Source: an uncultured Candidatus Sumerlaeota bacterium (GTDB lineage: Bacteria; Sumerlaeota; Sumerlaeia; MWCT01; JAGHBZ01). Taken from it: a stretch of 64,000 bases of DNA. The position numbers and the translations under genes were made by a program. Position 1 is the stretch's first letter. Each line of letters opens with the position of its first letter. The DNA lies in NCBI GenBank assembly GCA_964608095.1, contig CAZSMK010000003.1:1076-65075 (forward strand). The letters run 5' to 3'. The notes below the pieces were generated by a model. That model had not been told where the DNA came from. It searched no databases and worked only from the letters and a program-made list of their open reading frames with translations. This document shows positions 26,929 to 39,012 of the stretch, piece by piece.

Positions 26929-29900
26929 GGGTTCTGGGTTTTACAGAGTCAACGGTTGAAGAAGCTGCGTTAGGGTGGCTCGAGGAATTGGGCTATTCAA
27001 TTCTTCACGGTCCTGATATTGCACCGGAAGAGGCGGCGGCTGAACGTGCTACCTACGAGCAGGTAGTGTTCGAGAAGCGTCTGAAACAGGCATTGCAGAG
27101 ATTGAATCCCGAAGTGCCTGCGGATGCAATCGAAGAAGCGTTCAGGAAATTGACCCGACCCGATACCCCATCACTGGTCAGTAATAATCATAGCTTCCAC
27201 CGGTATCTGATTGAAGGGGTGCCGGTTGAGTACAAGAGGGAGAGCGGCATAATCCGAGGCGACCTTGTGCGGGTGATAGACTTCGAGAATCCCGAAGAGA
27301 ACGAGTTTCTTGCAGTCAATCAATTCACAGTAGTTGAGGATAAACACGACCGACGGCCCGACATCGTGGTCTTTGTGAACGGTCTGCCGCTGGGCGTAAT
27401 CGAGCTCAAGAACCCGGCTGATGAGAACGCGACCATCTGGACGGCATTTAATCAGATGCAGACGTATAAGCAACAGATTCCGTCGCTTTTCGTATACAAT
27501 GAAGCCATGGTCGTTTCCGACGGAGTAGAGGCGAGGATAGGGACGCTTACCTCGCCACGTGAATGGTTTCTGCCGTGGAAAACCATCGAGGGAGAGAGCG
27601 TAGCGGATACCACGTTGCCGCAGCTCCAGGTGATGTTACAGGGTGTGTTTGACCGCCGCCGGTTTCTGGACTTGGTTCGCTACTTCATCGTGTTCGAGGA
27701 CGTCGGTGGCGGCACGCTTGTCAAGAAGATGGCGGGATATCATCAGTATCATGCCGTAAACGCAGCAGTACAAGAGACCATTCGTGCAATGCCTGAAGGA
27801 AAGGGTCAGGTAAGCGAGGAGGGTAGTGGCTATGCTACGCGAAGTTCGAGGGAATGGGAGCCTGCAGGCGAGCCGGGCGACCGTCGCGTGGGCGTGATAT
27901 GGCATACGCAAGGGGCGGGCAAGAGCCTGACCATGGCGTTTTATGCAGGACGTATCGTGCTGCATCCCGCAATGGAGAATCCGACGCTGGTCGTGATAAC
28001 CGACCGGATAGATCTCGATAACCAGCTTTTCGGCGTGTTTTGCCGTTGTAACGAGTTGCTGCGGCAGCAACCAATCCAGGCGGAGAACCGGGCGGACCTG
28101 CGTGCAAAGCTGCAGGTTGCGTCCGGCGGTGTGATATTTACGACGGTGCAAAAATTTTTCCCCCTGGAGGGAGAGGACCAGCATCCGCTTCTATCGGACA
28201 GGCGCAACATTGTCGTCATAGCGGATGAGGCGCACCGGAGCCAGTACGATTTCATCGACGGGTTTGCTCGTCACATGCGCGACGCGCTGCCCCGCGCAAC
28301 CTTTATCGGCTTTACCGGCACACCTATTGAACTGACCGATAAAAACACCCGCGCCGTGTTCGGTGATTACATTAGCATATACGATATCGAACAAGCGGTG
28401 CAGGATGGAGCCACTGTTTCTATTTATTACGAGAGCAGATTGGCACAGCTCGAGCTCGACGAAGATGAACGTCCCAGAATCGATGAAGAGTTCGAGGAAG
28501 TTACCGAGGGTGAAGAGGTCGAGCATAAGGAGAGATTGAAAACGAAATGGGCGGCATTGGAAGCCCTGGTTGGTACGGATAAGCGTTTGAACCTGATCGC
28601 CGAGGATCTGGTTAAGCATTTCGAGCAGCGGCTGGATGTAATGGACGGCAAGGCGATGGTGGTCTGTATGAGCCGCCGGATTTGTGTCGATCTCTACAAT
28701 GCTATTATGAAGATAAGGCCGGAGTGGCATCATGATGACGACGATAAGGGGATGATAAAGATTGTTATGACGGGTTCGGCTTCCGACCCGTTATCGTGGC
28801 AGGAACATATCCGCAATAAGCACCGGCGGGAAGGGCTCGCAAAAAGATTCAAGGATGAGCGCGACCCGTTCAAGGTTGTTATTGTCCGCGATATGTGGTT
28901 GACGGGATTCGACGTGCCGTGTCTGCATACTATGTATGTTGACAAACCTATGCGGGGACACGGATTGATGCAGTCAATATCACGCGTTAATCGGGTGTTC
29001 AAGGATAAGCCGGGCGGGTTGGTCGTGGACTATATCGGGCTTGCCTATGACCTCAAGCAGGCGTTGGCTATCTATACGAACAGCGGCGGGACAGGACGCA
29101 CCGCAATCGATCAGGCTGAAGCCGTTGCGGTTATGCTCGAGAAATACGAGATATGCTGCGGATTGTTTCATGGCTTCGATTGGTCGGCGTTCAAGACCGG
29201 TGGAGCGCAGGAACGATTGGCTGTGCTGCCCGCGGCACAGGAACATATACTCCAGCAAGAAGATGGGAAGGCGCGGTTGATCAGGGCCGTAACAGAGTTA
29301 TCAGGGGCGTTCGCGCTGTCTGTGCCGCATGAGAAGGCGCTCGAGATTCGTGATGATGTCGCCTTCTTCCAGGCGGTGAAAGCGGTGCTGGTCAAGCGTC
29401 CGGGAGATGAGGGGCGAAGCCGTGACGAAATCGAGCAGGCAATTCGGCAAATTGTGTCACGGGCAGTGGCATCGGATGAAGTCATCGACATTTTTGCGGC
29501 GGCGGGTTTGAAGAAACCTGATATCTCTATCCTGTCGGATGAATTCCTGGCTGAAGTGCGCGGGATGAAACAGCGTAACCTTGCAGTTGAGATGCTCGAA
29601 AAACTTTTGAAAGACGAGATAAAGACTCGCAGCAAGAAAAACGTGGTGCAGAGCCGGTCGTTCCTCGAATTACTGGAAAATTCGATTCGAAAATACCAGA
29701 ACCGCGCCATCGAGGCGGCTAAGGTAATCGAGGAACTTATACATCTGGCAAAGGATATGCGGGAGGCGGGAAAACGCGGTGAGCGGCTCGGGCTGAATGA
29801 CGACGAAGTCGCCTTCTATGACGCGCTTGCGGATAACAAAAGCGCACGGGATGTTATGGGCGACGAGAGACTCAGAGTTCTCGCAAAGGAGCTGGTTGGG

Positions 29901-30083
29901 CGCGTGCGAAAAAGCGTGACCATTGATTGGCAAATCAGGGAAAACGTCAGGGCAAAAATCCGCGTTATGGTAAAACGCATCTTGCGCAAATACGGATACC
30001 CGCCCGATATGCAACAACGCGCCACCGAGCTGGTCTTGGAACAAGCCGAAGTCCTGTGCGACGAATGGGTAGTATATGAATAA
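26925..30083 (+). CDS. hsdR: Type I restriction endonuclease subunit R
   Basis: RPD..IELK nuclease motif; WHTQGAGKS; DEAHRSQ; FTGTP; MWLTGFD; RVNR. Confidence 0.96.
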   Translation: MRVLGFTESTVEEAALGWLEELGYSILHGPDIAPEEAAAERATYEQVVFEKRLKQALQRLNPEVPADAIEEAFRKLTRPDTPSLVSNNHSFHRYLIEGVPVEYKRESGIIRGDLVRVIDFENPEENEFLAVNQFTVVEDKHDRRPDIVVFVNGLPLGVIELKNPADENATIWTAFNQMQTYKQQIPSLFVYNEAMVVSDGVEARIGTLTSPREWFLPWKTIEGESVADTTLPQLQVMLQGVFDRRRFLDLVRYFIVFEDVGGGTLVKKMAGYHQYHAVNAAVQETIRAMPEGKGQVSEEGSGYATRSSREWEPAGEPGDRRVGVIWHTQGAGKSLTMAFYAGRIVLHPAMENPTLVVITDRIDLDNQLFGVFCRCNELLRQQPIQAENRADLRAKLQVASGGVIFTTVQKFFPLEGEDQHPLLSDRRNIVVIADEAHRSQYDFIDGFARHMRDALPRATFIGFTGTPIELTDKNTRAVFGDYISIYDIEQAVQDGATVSIYYESRLAQLELDEDERPRIDEEFEEVTEGEEVEHKERLKTKWAALEALVGTDKRLNLIAEDLVKHFEQRLDVMDGKAMVVCMSRRICVDLYNAIMKIRPEWHHDDDDKGMIKIVMTGSASDPLSWQEHIRNKHRREGLAKRFKDERDPFKVVIVRDMWLTGFDVPCLHTMYVDKPMRGHGLMQSISRVNRVFKDKPGGLVVDYIGLAYDLKQALAIYTNSGGTGRTAIDQAEAVAVMLEKYEICCGLFHGFDWSAFKTGGAQERLAVLPAAQEHILQQEDGKARLIRAVTELSGAFALSVPHEKALEIRDDVAFFQAVKAVLVKRPGDEGRSRDEIEQAIRQIVSRAVASDEVIDIFAAAGLKKPDISILSDEFLAEVRGMKQRNLAVEMLEKLLKDEIKTRSKKNVVQSRSFLELLENSIRKYQNRAIEAAKVIEELIHLAKDMREAGKRGERLGLNDDEVAFYDALADNKSARDVMGDERLRVLAKELVGRVRKSVTIDWQIRENVRAKIRVMVKRILRKYGYPPDMQQRATELVLEQAEVLCDEWVVYE

Positions 30084-30249
30084 AAGTAGAGAAAGGAAAA
30101 AGGATTAATATCGGACAAGAAAAGAAGTTCTGCTTCAGGAGTCAAGAGAGTTTTACGCCTTAAAAATACTTTACGGTTTGGGCTCTTTGATAGTGGTATA
30201 TTTTAACCCGGAGTATGCATACACTTTTTGGAATAAGGAAATAACACCT

Positions 30250-30435
30250 TCCCTGAAAGGGAATAAGGTGAGTGGCCGCGCGTTGAAACCTACGGTCTTC
30301 TTCCCTCCATGTCACAGCCCAGAATTGGGTTGAACTATCCGTTTTTGTACAACCCGCATCGGGGTTGGATCTGAAATTTATCCTCTTTTGTAGGTTGAAA
30401 CCTTCGGCTACTCATGGTTGATCCCCTTGCGGGGA
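30250..30435. repeat. Composite degenerate inverted-repeat element with nested hairpins (REP-like)
   Basis: Left TCCCTGAAAGGGA..GAGTGGCCG..GTTGAAACCTAC resembles the reverse complement of right GTAGGTTGAAACC..CGGCTACTC..TCCCCTTGCGGGGA; inner hairpin CAACCC..GGGTTG. Confidence 0.6.
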
Positions 30436-30644
30436 TAAAGTCTGCTTCGGCAGATTTACCGGCAACAGGGTGCCTTTCATATCGCATCATGGTATAACCC
30501 GGAAATACAATCCCATAAAAATATTCCTGTCAGCTGCCCATTGCCTATGAATTTTTTATGAATAATCCGGGTGAGGTTCAAGCAAAGATGCGAAAATGTT
30601 GTGGGGGGATTCAGCTGAAACATCGAGGAGGCGGTAAGTGTTGG

Positions 30645-32060
30645 TCAGGCTTTGAAGAGGACGTTGAAGCCGGCGTGGGCTTTCCTCAAAAATTCCCCTG
30701 GCGTTCTTACTTTCACGACCTGCCTGAGGATGTGTTTCCAGCGGAAATAGAATTTTTTATATGCCAGCATGAGGAGTTCGATGAGTTCGTCGCGTGTAAG
30801 ATTTTCCTCCCAGAAGGGTGGGACAAAATCTTTCTGCGGATTTGCGGCGAACTCGCGCCAGCAGTCGTGGTCGATCACTCCCTGCTCGAGGGCGAGGCGG
30901 TAAAGATCGGTTCCCGGAAATGGCGTCGTAATTGAAAAATGGACATAGTCCGCGTCGAGGTTAAGAGCGAAGTCGATGGTGCGCATAATGTGTTCGCGTG
31001 TTTCAGTGGGGTTCCCGATCATGAAATAGCCGAGTGCGGTGATGCCGGCGCGCTGTGTCGCATGGAAGACTTCTTTCGCCTTGTCGAGGTCTATGTCTTT
31101 ACGAAGCACCTTGACGATTTCGTCGGTACCGGCTTCGACGCCATAATGGATGCGACGGCATCCTGCCCGTGCCATTTTTCGAATAACCTCGGGCGTCATC
31201 ACGTCGACTCGAGCTCGAACGTCCCATGTGACGTCGATCTTTTCGTCCACGATAAGGTCGCAGAGTGCGATGATGCGGTTTTTGTCGATATTGAAGGTGT
31301 CGTCATAGAAAAAAATTTCCCTGATACCCATACGTGTGCATTCTTTGATTTCATTGACGATGTTCTGGGGGCTTCGTGCGCGCCATTTCTTTCCGAGGTG
31401 CGGTCTGTCGCAAAAGAGGCAGCGATATGGACACCCGCGACTACTCATCATGGTAGTGATCGGGGTATGTTGTGCAAGGAGCGAATAATAGTTTTTGTAG
31501 GGCAGGAGGTGTCGCGGCGGAATAGGCAAGGTGTCAAGGTCGGCTATCAAGGGAGGCAAGGGAGTTCTTACTATCTCGCCATCCTTTCGATAGACAAGTC
31601 CGGGAACCGTGCTAAGGTCTGTTCCTTTTTCAAAGCAATCGAGAAAAGGTACGATGTTCTGTTCGCCTTCACCAATAAAGACAAAATCAACGACAGGAAG
31701 GTTGATGGTTTCCTCAGGAAAGAGAAATGTATGGGGACCACCAATGGCGACCGGAACGTCGGGATGAGTCCTTTTACAGATTGCGGCTATATTCGCAACG
31801 TCAATAAGGGTGAACGAGGTTGCCTGGATACCGAAAAGGTCAGCCCGACGTTGAGCGATTTCGCGCTCGATTTTTTCGTAGTCGAGGTTTTGAACGTGAC
31901 AATCCAGAATCTCGACGGTATGGCGTCCCGCAGCGAGGATACTCCCTGCAACATAAAGCAATCCGAGGGGCGGATATTTCCCTGTCTCCATGTCCACGAA
32001 ATCAGGGACGTTGGTGGGGAGCATATTAGTTTCCGGTGGATTTATAAGTAAGACGCGCAT
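30645..32060 (-). CDS. B12-binding-domain radical SAM protein
   Basis: PPLGLLYVA, GGPH, GEGE (cobalamin domain); SRGCPYRCLFC (CxxxCxxC); PFPGT. Confidence 0.92.
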   Translation of the reverse strand: MRVLLINPPETNMLPTNVPDFVDMETGKYPPLGLLYVAGSILAAGRHTVEILDCHVQNLDYEKIEREIAQRRADLFGIQATSFTLIDVANIAAICKRTHPDVPVAIGGPHTFLFPEETINLPVVDFVFIGEGEQNIVPFLDCFEKGTDLSTVPGLVYRKDGEIVRTPLPPLIADLDTLPIPPRHLLPYKNYYSLLAQHTPITTMMSSRGCPYRCLFCDRPHLGKKWRARSPQNIVNEIKECTRMGIREIFFYDDTFNIDKNRIIALCDLIVDEKIDVTWDVRARVDVMTPEVIRKMARAGCRRIHYGVEAGTDEIVKVLRKDIDLDKAKEVFHATQRAGITALGYFMIGNPTETREHIMRTIDFALNLDADYVHFSITTPFPGTDLYRLALEQGVIDHDCWREFAANPQKDFVPPFWEENLTRDELIELLMLAYKKFYFRWKHILRQVVKVRTPGEFLRKAHAGFNVLFKA

Positions 32061-32102
32061 CAGTTACATCGTCTAAAGAGCAAAAACCGTGCGATCAAAG
32101 AG

Positions 32103-33353
32103 TTACGGATATATCCCGAGTGTCTGTGTGGCGTTGGCAACTTTTTCGACCGCAATCACATAAGCAGCGGTTCGCATGTCGCACCATATCTCTTTGGTCT
32201 TTGAATAGACGTTTTCAAACGCTTTGGTCATTACTCTTTCCAGGTTTTTATTGACTTCCTCTTCGCTCCAGAAAAAGGATTGCAAGCCCTGAACCCATTC
32301 GAAATAGGATACCGTAACCCCGCCTGCGTTTGCAAGAATATCGGGTATGACCACGATATTCCGTCGAGAGAAGACCTCGTCGGCGTCGGGGGTAAGGGGT
32401 GCGTTCGCTCCTTCTGCGATAATGCGTGTGTCCAGACGCTCGGCGATTTCTGCCGTCACGTAGTCGCTCAAGGCAGAGGGAACGAAGACATCGGACTTGA
32501 CGGAAAGAAAATCATCTTCACTGATGGTATCGGCATCAGGGAAATCAATCACACTTTTGGTTTTATCTTTATGTTCTTTAAGGAGGTGAGGATTAAGTCC
32601 ATTTTTGCTATATACGGCGCCTCGAGAATCGCTTGCTGCGACAATACGCGCGCCCATATCATACATGATGGTTGCCAGATTATAGCCGACGTTGCCATAT
32701 CCCTGAACCACGACACGAGCGCCGTCAAGGGGCATGTTCAATTTTTTAGCGGCTTCTTTGATACAAATGACACACCCGCGAGAAGTAGCCTCATTGCGGC
32801 CGTGTGAGCCCCCGAGTTCAATGGGTTTCCCCGTGACCACGCTCAGCACCCTATGCCCGATATTCATGCTATAGGTATCCATGATCCATGCCATCACCTG
32901 TTCGTTCGTGTTCACGTCGGGAGCAGGGATATCGAAGTTTGGTCCGATGATGGGAGTGATCTCGGTAGTGTATCGCCGCGTCATACTTTCAATCTCGTGA
33001 GGTGACATCTCTTTGGGATTGCAGATAATACCGCCTTTAGCGCCGCCATAAGGGATGCCCACCACCGCGCATTTCCACGTCATCAGCATTGCAAATGCCT
33101 TGATCTCGTCAAGAGAAACCTCGGGATGATAGCGTATTCCGCCTTTAAAAGGACCGCGTGAGTTATTGTGTTGCACGCGAAATCCGGTAAATGTTTGGAT
33201 AGAGCCATCGTCCATTCGTGTAGGAATACTCACTTCAAGCGCTCTGTTGCACTTACATAAAAAATCCCGCCAGCTTTTATCCAATTTGAGTAAATCAGCT
33301 GCGCGGTTGAAAAGGAAGATACAATCTTGAAGTGTTTTTGTGCCTTTCTCCAT
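32103..33353 (-). CDS. gdhA: Glu/Leu/Phe/Val dehydrogenase (glutamate dehydrogenase)
   Basis: GPFKGGIRY, MTWKCA, GGAKGG, DIPAPD, GYGNVG, NAGGVTVSYFEW. Confidence 0.93.
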   Translation of the reverse strand: MEKGTKTLQDCIFLFNRAADLLKLDKSWRDFLCKCNRALEVSIPTRMDDGSIQTFTGFRVQHNNSRGPFKGGIRYHPEVSLDEIKAFAMLMTWKCAVVGIPYGGAKGGIICNPKEMSPHEIESMTRRYTTEITPIIGPNFDIPAPDVNTNEQVMAWIMDTYSMNIGHRVLSVVTGKPIELGGSHGRNEATSRGCVICIKEAAKKLNMPLDGARVVVQGYGNVGYNLATIMYDMGARIVAASDSRGAVYSKNGLNPHLLKEHKDKTKSVIDFPDADTISEDDFLSVKSDVFVPSALSDYVTAEIAERLDTRIIAEGANAPLTPDADEVFSRRNIVVIPDILANAGGVTVSYFEWVQGLQSFFWSEEEVNKNLERVMTKAFENVYSKTKEIWCDMRTAAYVIAVEKVANATQTLGIYP

Positions 33354-33377
33354 AATTTATTCTCCTTATTTAAAGTG

Positions 33378-34037
33378 TCAGAAATTAAGAGGACCGAGAG
33401 TCCCGGGACGGAGCCCTTCTTTCCAATGTTCGTTGTCGATAATGACCCGGCGACCTTCGATTTTTACCTTCCCCTGCGAAATCAGTTCGAGTGCGTGGGG
33501 ATAGATTTGGTGTTCATAGGTAAGGATTCTGGCTGATAGTGTTTCTTCATCATCGGTATCCAGCACCGGCACCACTGCCTGTAAAATTATGGGACCGGTA
33601 TCGACCCCCGGATCAACGAAGTGAACGGTGCATCCGGAAACCTTAACGCCATACTCGAGAGCCTGTTTCTGGGCATGGAGTCCCGGGAAAGAAGGGAGGA
33701 GTGCAGGATGGATATTGATAATTTTATTATGATATGCGTCGAGTAAGACGCGACTTATCAAGCGCATAAAACCGGCAAGGCAAATAAACTCCACTTTATA
33801 ATGTTTAAGGATTTTGAGAACCTCGCGGTCGTAGCCTTCTCTATCTTTTTTGAAGGGCATTGGTTGCACAACAGCGGTTGGTACCCCGAACTGCCCGGCG
33901 ATGTCCAAACCCGGTGCATCGGGATTATCAGATACAACCACGGCAAAGGTTACGTTTTTCAATCCTCCTTGTTGTTGTGCGTTCAACAGGGCGTGCAGAT
34001 TACTGCCCCGCCCGGAAATGAAAACCGCTGCTCTCAT
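33378..34037 (-). CDS. purN: Phosphoribosylglycinamide formyltransferase
   Basis: SGRGSNL, LAGFMR, NIHPALLPSF, GCTVHFV, DTGPII. Confidence 0.96.
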   Translation of the reverse strand: MRAAVFISGRGSNLHALLNAQQQGGLKNVTFAVVVSDNPDAPGLDIAGQFGVPTAVVQPMPFKKDREGYDREVLKILKHYKVEFICLAGFMRLISRVLLDAYHNKIINIHPALLPSFPGLHAQKQALEYGVKVSGCTVHFVDPGVDTGPIILQAVVPVLDTDDEETLSARILTYEHQIYPHALELISQGKVKIEGRRVIIDNEHWKEGLRPGTLGPLNF

Positions 34038-34072
34038 GTATTACTCCTTACAGGAAATCATAATCGAGGAAC

Positions 34073-35098
34073 TCATCCGCGAAGGATAACGTTGCCGGCG
34101 CCCCTGACAATAGAGCCGATTATGAAGGCTTTATATCCCTTTTTGTCACAAAAATCTATGATGCGTTCCGGCAGCATGGTATCGACCACAAGAATCATCC
34201 CCACACCCATGTTGAAAGTGCGGTACATTTCTTCAATGTCAACGGGGCCCAACTTTTGAATCATATTAAAGATGGGGGGGACATCCCATGAATCGATATA
34301 AATCTCGGCATCGACCCGGTAAGGAAGAATACGTGCCAGATTACCTCTTATACCGCCCCCTGTGATGTGAGCGATTCCTTTTATATCGAAGTTTTTTACC
34401 AGGTCGAGCATTATTTTTGTATAAATGATAGTTGGCTTGAGCAGACTCTCGCCCAACGTCTCCTCGATTTCTTCGTATTCCTCTTCAGGGTCGAGTTTAT
34501 GTTTATCGAGAAGAATCTTGCGGGCAAGCGAATAGCCGTTGCTATGTAACCCGTTGGAAGATATGCCAATCAGGACGTCATTGGTTTTAATGCGCTTCCC
34601 GTCAACGAGTTTAGCCCTGCTGGCTATTCCAACGCCGAAGCCGGCAAGGTCAAATTGCCCTACTTCGTAAAGGCCGGGTAGTTCTGCGGTCTCGCCACCA
34701 AGAAGCATACACTTCGCCCTTCGGCATCCTTCAATAATACCGGTGATGATTTCCTCGGCGCGGTCTACTTTCAATTTACCGGTAGCGTAATAATCCAGAA
34801 AAAAGAGGGGTTCTGCACCGTAGACCACGAGGTCATTGACTACCATTGCCACCAAATCTATTCCAATAGTGCTGTACTCGTTCATTAATTCGCAAATAAG
34901 GAGTTTTGTACCGACACCATCGGTTGTGGCAACAAGAACGGGGTCACGATACTCATCCAATTTTAGGGGGAACGTACCGCTGAAACCGCCTATATAAGGT
35001 AATTTCTCCTTGATTTTCTCAATAAAACGGTCGCCTTCATCAATATCTACACCGGCATTTTTATACGTAATGGGTTGAAATTTTCTGCGCTTGCCCAT
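34073..35098 (-). CDS. purM: AIR synthetase
   Basis: Y..AGVD, DGVGTK, GGETAE, HSNGYSL, HITGGG, TFNMGVG. Confidence 0.96.
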   Translation of the reverse strand: MGKRRKFQPITYKNAGVDIDEGDRFIEKIKEKLPYIGGFSGTFPLKLDEYRDPVLVATTDGVGTKLLICELMNEYSTIGIDLVAMVVNDLVVYGAEPLFFLDYYATGKLKVDRAEEIITGIIEGCRRAKCMLLGGETAELPGLYEVGQFDLAGFGVGIASRAKLVDGKRIKTNDVLIGISSNGLHSNGYSLARKILLDKHKLDPEEEYEEIEETLGESLLKPTIIYTKIMLDLVKNFDIKGIAHITGGGIRGNLARILPYRVDAEIYIDSWDVPPIFNMIQKLGPVDIEEMYRTFNMGVGMILVVDTMLPERIIDFCDKKGYKAFIIGSIVRGAGNVILRG

Positions 35099-35157
35099 TA
35101 TTTTTCCTCCACTAACTTCATAGTCTAATATGTAATATCCTTAAAAAAAAGGTCAGG

Positions 35158-36561
35158 TCAACTTCTTTTTAGAAACGTCGATTGTTCAAGGCTGTCTTTA
35201 GTACAATCCTCGGGACGTCCGCCCGGATATTTTCCTTCAAAGCATGCGAAACAATACCCCGTGGTTCGTGGAATGACTTTTTTCAATCCATCGAGGCTGA
35301 GGTAGCCTAAGGAATCGGCGCCGATCTTTTTACAAATTTCCTCAACGGAATTGCTGCTTGCAATGAGCTCCTCCTTACTCGGTGTATCGATACCGAAAAA
35401 GCAGGGATGACGCCATGGTGGGCAGCTCACACGGAAATGTACTTCTTTCGCGCCCGCGTCCCGTACCATTTTTACGATCTTTCCACTGGTGGTTCCTCTA
35501 ACGATTGAATCGTCGACAACGACCACACGCTTACCGCGAATCAGACACTTCACGGTGTTGTATTTGAGCCTTGCGCCGAAATCGCGAATATGTTGTCTGG
35601 GCTCGATAAAGGTTCTTCCGACATAGTGGCTTCTTATCAAGCCTAATTCGAAGGGTATTCCGGATTGTTGCGAGAAGCCGAGGGCGGCTGCATTGGAAGA
35701 GTCGGGTACCGGTATCACGATATCTGCCTCAGCGGGCTGTTCCTGCGCGAGTTGACGACCGAGCATCTCCCTGATGGTATGGACACATTTACCCCCGACA
35801 ATACTGTCAGGACGCGCATAATAGACGTACTCAAAGACGCAAAAGCTCGGTTCCATTTCAGCGAAGGGATGAAAATTCCTGATTCCCTCAGGAGAGAATT
35901 CAAGTATCTCGCCGGGTTTCAATTCGCGAAGCAGCTGAGCATCAACAATATCCAGCGCGCATGATTCGGAGGCAACGAAATAAGCGTTGTCGCCCCTGGA
36001 ACCGACGCATAAAGGTCTGAAACCGTGTGGGTCGCGGAGAGCGAACATACGCTGAGGACGCAAGAGAAGGAGTGAATAAGCGCCTTTCAACCTCATGAGA
36101 GAGGGCATCAAAGATTCAAGAAAATCGTTGCTGCTTTGCTGAGCAATGAGATGTATCAATATTTCGCTATCGGTAGTAGTTTGAAAGATAGCACCGCGAT
36201 TTTCCAATTCCCGCCTGAGTGAAAGTGCATTGGTCAGGTTCCCATTGTGAACCACCGCGAGAGTTCCACCGCGATAGTTCGAAACAATGGGTTGTGCATT
36301 TTCGATTTGAGACGAGCCGGTGGTGGAATATCTAACATGTCCGATAGCCATGGTGCCTTTGAGGCGTTCGAGTGAAGCCTCGTCAAAGACATCGGAGACA
36401 AGACCGAGACCGCGGTGCATGTAAAGATGCTTCCCATCGCTTGAACATATACCGGCGCTCTCTTGACCTCTATGCTGAAGGGCATATAAGCCAAGGTAGA
36501 CTAATTTTGCGGCTTCCGGGTGATTGAACACACCCATAATTCCGCAGTTCTCTTTTATCAT
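35158..36561 (-). CDS. purF: Amidophosphoribosyltransferase
   Basis: N-terminal CG, LQHRGQESAG, GHVRYST, HNGN, VVVDDSIVRGTT, C-terminal CFAC. Confidence 0.96.
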   Translation of the reverse strand: MIKENCGIMGVFNHPEAAKLVYLGLYALQHRGQESAGICSSDGKHLYMHRGLGLVSDVFDEASLERLKGTMAIGHVRYSTTGSSQIENAQPIVSNYRGGTLAVVHNGNLTNALSLRRELENRGAIFQTTTDSEILIHLIAQQSSNDFLESLMPSLMRLKGAYSLLLLRPQRMFALRDPHGFRPLCVGSRGDNAYFVASESCALDIVDAQLLRELKPGEILEFSPEGIRNFHPFAEMEPSFCVFEYVYYARPDSIVGGKCVHTIREMLGRQLAQEQPAEADIVIPVPDSSNAAALGFSQQSGIPFELGLIRSHYVGRTFIEPRQHIRDFGARLKYNTVKCLIRGKRVVVVDDSIVRGTTSGKIVKMVRDAGAKEVHFRVSCPPWRHPCFFGIDTPSKEELIASSNSVEEICKKIGADSLGYLSLDGLKKVIPRTTGYCFACFEGKYPGGRPEDCTKDSLEQSTFLKRS

Positions 36562-36626
36562 GATGTCTTATTCACTCCTGACCGGTAATTTTGGGGGAAA
36601 CAGTTCAGATCTTGAACACGTGACCG

Positions 36627-38855
36627 TTATTTTTTCCCTTCTGTTTTCTGTTCCCATGGAGAAGTGACATACCATTGTAACATTTCATTTTTTGAAATGT
36701 CAACGAGACTCTGGATGACGAATCTCCCATCGAGTGTAACCTCGCCAAGAACGGTTGCACTAAAAGCCGCCTCATCACATACACGGGAAATTTGTCGGAC
36801 ATGCTCTCCTGAACAGCTGACGAGTATTCTCGATTGCGCCTCGTTGAACAGTTCAATATCATCCCGGGTACGTCGAGGGAGTGTGACAGCAACCCCCGCT
36901 TGAGGAGAACCCTTCATGAAGGATTCAGCAAGAGCGACAGCCAGTCCTCCCTCGCTCAAGTCGGTAGCGGATTTCAAGAGATGCTGTTTTGTCAGCTTCA
37001 AACAGAGTTCGACAAGACTTGCTGCAGTATTTAGATCGAGATTCGGGCAAGGACCCATAATGGCGTTGTGCACATATTCAAGATAATGGGTTCCGCCGAG
37101 ATGGAGTTCCACATCTCTGGGCTCAATAAGAAGTATGGCATCGCCTGCGTCCTTGAAGCCGGACGTCATAAGGTCATGGAGAGAAGGAACCTGCCCGATC
37201 ATACCGATAACGGGGGTTGGATAAACCGCCTTGCCTTCATACTCGTTATAAAAGCTGACATTGCCGCCGGTAACGGGTGTATTAAAAGCCCGGCACGCAT
37301 CGCCCATACCTTTTACACTTTGCTCGAACTGCCAGAAGATATCCGGTTTTTCGGGATTCCCGAAATTAAGACAGTTGGTGATCGCCATGGGTTTGGCGCC
37401 CACAACAGCGAGGTTACGTGCGGCTTCCGCGACCGCAATCGCCGCACCCTTATAAGGATCAAGATAACAATAAAGACCGTTGCAATCGGCTGTAATGGCA
37501 AGCAGTTTCTCAGAACCCCTGATTCGGAGGACGCCTGCATTCTCTCCAGGGGGCAAAACCGTGTTTGTTTGAACCATGTGATCGTACTGCTGGAAAATCC
37601 AACGTTTCGATGCAATAGAGGGTGAGCCGAGTAGAGTAAGAAGCGTTGATTTATAATCACCCGGCGGGTCGACGTTCTCCGGCGAGAAGACTGGAATCTC
37701 TTCGATATATGAGGGCTTCTGAGCCGTTCTGATACAAGAAGGCGAATCGGATGATATTTTATCAGCGGGAATTTCAGCCACAGTCATGCCGTGTTGCTTT
37801 ACGCGCATTATGCCATCGTCTGTAATTTCCCCGATTATGGTGGGTTCGACTTCCCATTTGTTGAGAATGTTGAGCGCCTTATCCTTTTCCTTTTGTGGGA
37901 TAATGGCGACCATCCGCTCCTGCGATTCAGAGAGCATGAGTTCGTAGGGAGACATATTAGCCGCGCGTTGTGGGACTTTATCGAGCTCGATTTCAATACC
38001 GAGCCCGCCCCGTCCAGCGAGTTCACAGGTTGAACAGGTAAGACCTGCGGCGCCCATATCCTGCATTGCCTCGACAATGCCGGCTTCAATCAATTCAAGA
38101 GAGGCTTCGAGTATTTTTTTGCCCATGAAAGGGTCTCCGACCTGAACCGCGGGTCGTTTGCTTGCAGCCTCATCATCGAGTTCTTCGGAGGCAAAGGTGG
38201 CGCCATGGATTCCATCTCTGCCGGTTGCATTGCCGAAATAGACCACAAGGCTGCCGGCTTGACGCGCTTTGGCAAGGGTGAGGTTTTCTTTTTTCATCAA
38301 GCCGACACACATCACGTTAATCAGGGGGTTTCCGTTATAGGCGGGGGAGAAGTACACGTCGCCCCCGACAGTGGGCACACCGACACAATTGCCATAATCG
38401 GCGATTCCTGCGACAACGCCTTCAGCAATAAAGCGATTCCGAACCTGTGCGGGGTCGCCGAACCTGAGAGGATCTACAAGGGCGATAGGACGTGCACCCA
38501 TGGTAAAAATATCGCGGAGAATTCCTCCTATACCGGTAGCGGCGCCTTGAAAGGGTTCTATAGCGGATGGATGGTTATGCGATTCGATTTTGAATGCAAT
38601 GGCAAAGCCGTCGGAGAAATCGATGACGCCTGCATTCTCTCCGGGTCCCTGAAGTATATGTTCACCCTCGGTAGGCAATGTCTTGAGGAGATTTTTCGAG
38701 CTTTTATAACAGCAATGTTCGCTCCACATGACGGAAAAAATGCCCAGTTCGGTGAAGGTGGGTTTCCGTCCCAGGATTATCATAATTTGATTATATTCAT
38801 CCTCGGAAAGCCCATGTGCTTCGATCAGTTCCGATGTTATTTCCGGTTCTTTCAT
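36627..38855 (-). CDS. purL: FGAM synthase subunit PurL (small type)
   Basis: [44 protein letters not shown]. Confidence 0.96.
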   Translation of the reverse strand: MKEPEITSELIEAHGLSEDEYNQIMIILGRKPTFTELGIFSVMWSEHCCYKSSKNLLKTLPTEGEHILQGPGENAGVIDFSDGFAIAFKIESHNHPSAIEPFQGAATGIGGILRDIFTMGARPIALVDPLRFGDPAQVRNRFIAEGVVAGIADYGNCVGVPTVGGDVYFSPAYNGNPLINVMCVGLMKKENLTLAKARQAGSLVVYFGNATGRDGIHGATFASEELDDEAASKRPAVQVGDPFMGKKILEASLELIEAGIVEAMQDMGAAGLTCSTCELAGRGGLGIEIELDKVPQRAANMSPYELMLSESQERMVAIIPQKEKDKALNILNKWEVEPTIIGEITDDGIMRVKQHGMTVAEIPADKISSDSPSCIRTAQKPSYIEEIPVFSPENVDPPGDYKSTLLTLLGSPSIASKRWIFQQYDHMVQTNTVLPPGENAGVLRIRGSEKLLAITADCNGLYCYLDPYKGAAIAVAEAARNLAVVGAKPMAITNCLNFGNPEKPDIFWQFEQSVKGMGDACRAFNTPVTGGNVSFYNEYEGKAVYPTPVIGMIGQVPSLHDLMTSGFKDAGDAILLIEPRDVELHLGGTHYLEYVHNAIMGPCPNLDLNTAASLVELCLKLTKQHLLKSATDLSEGGLAVALAESFMKGSPQAGVAVTLPRRTRDDIELFNEAQSRILVSCSGEHVRQISRVCDEAAFSATVLGEVTLDGRFVIQSLVDISKNEMLQWYVTSPWEQKTEGKK

Positions 38856-39012
38856 ACGACTCTTTCCTGTCTGAGAAATGCTCGAGGAAGGTTGTAGTAT
38901 TAAAAAATAAACGAACGAAAGTATCTTTAAATCATAGAATAAAACTTTGCAAGAGGTAAATGCAAAGACGACTTAGATAACAATCTTTGTTTGCTCCGGC
39001 GCTGTCAGGATG

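Noticed and set aside
30939-32051. 370-aa plus-strand ORF
   Set aside because: Antisense shadow of the radical SAM gene with no recognisable motifs; the same applies to the many short ORFs overlapping called genes.
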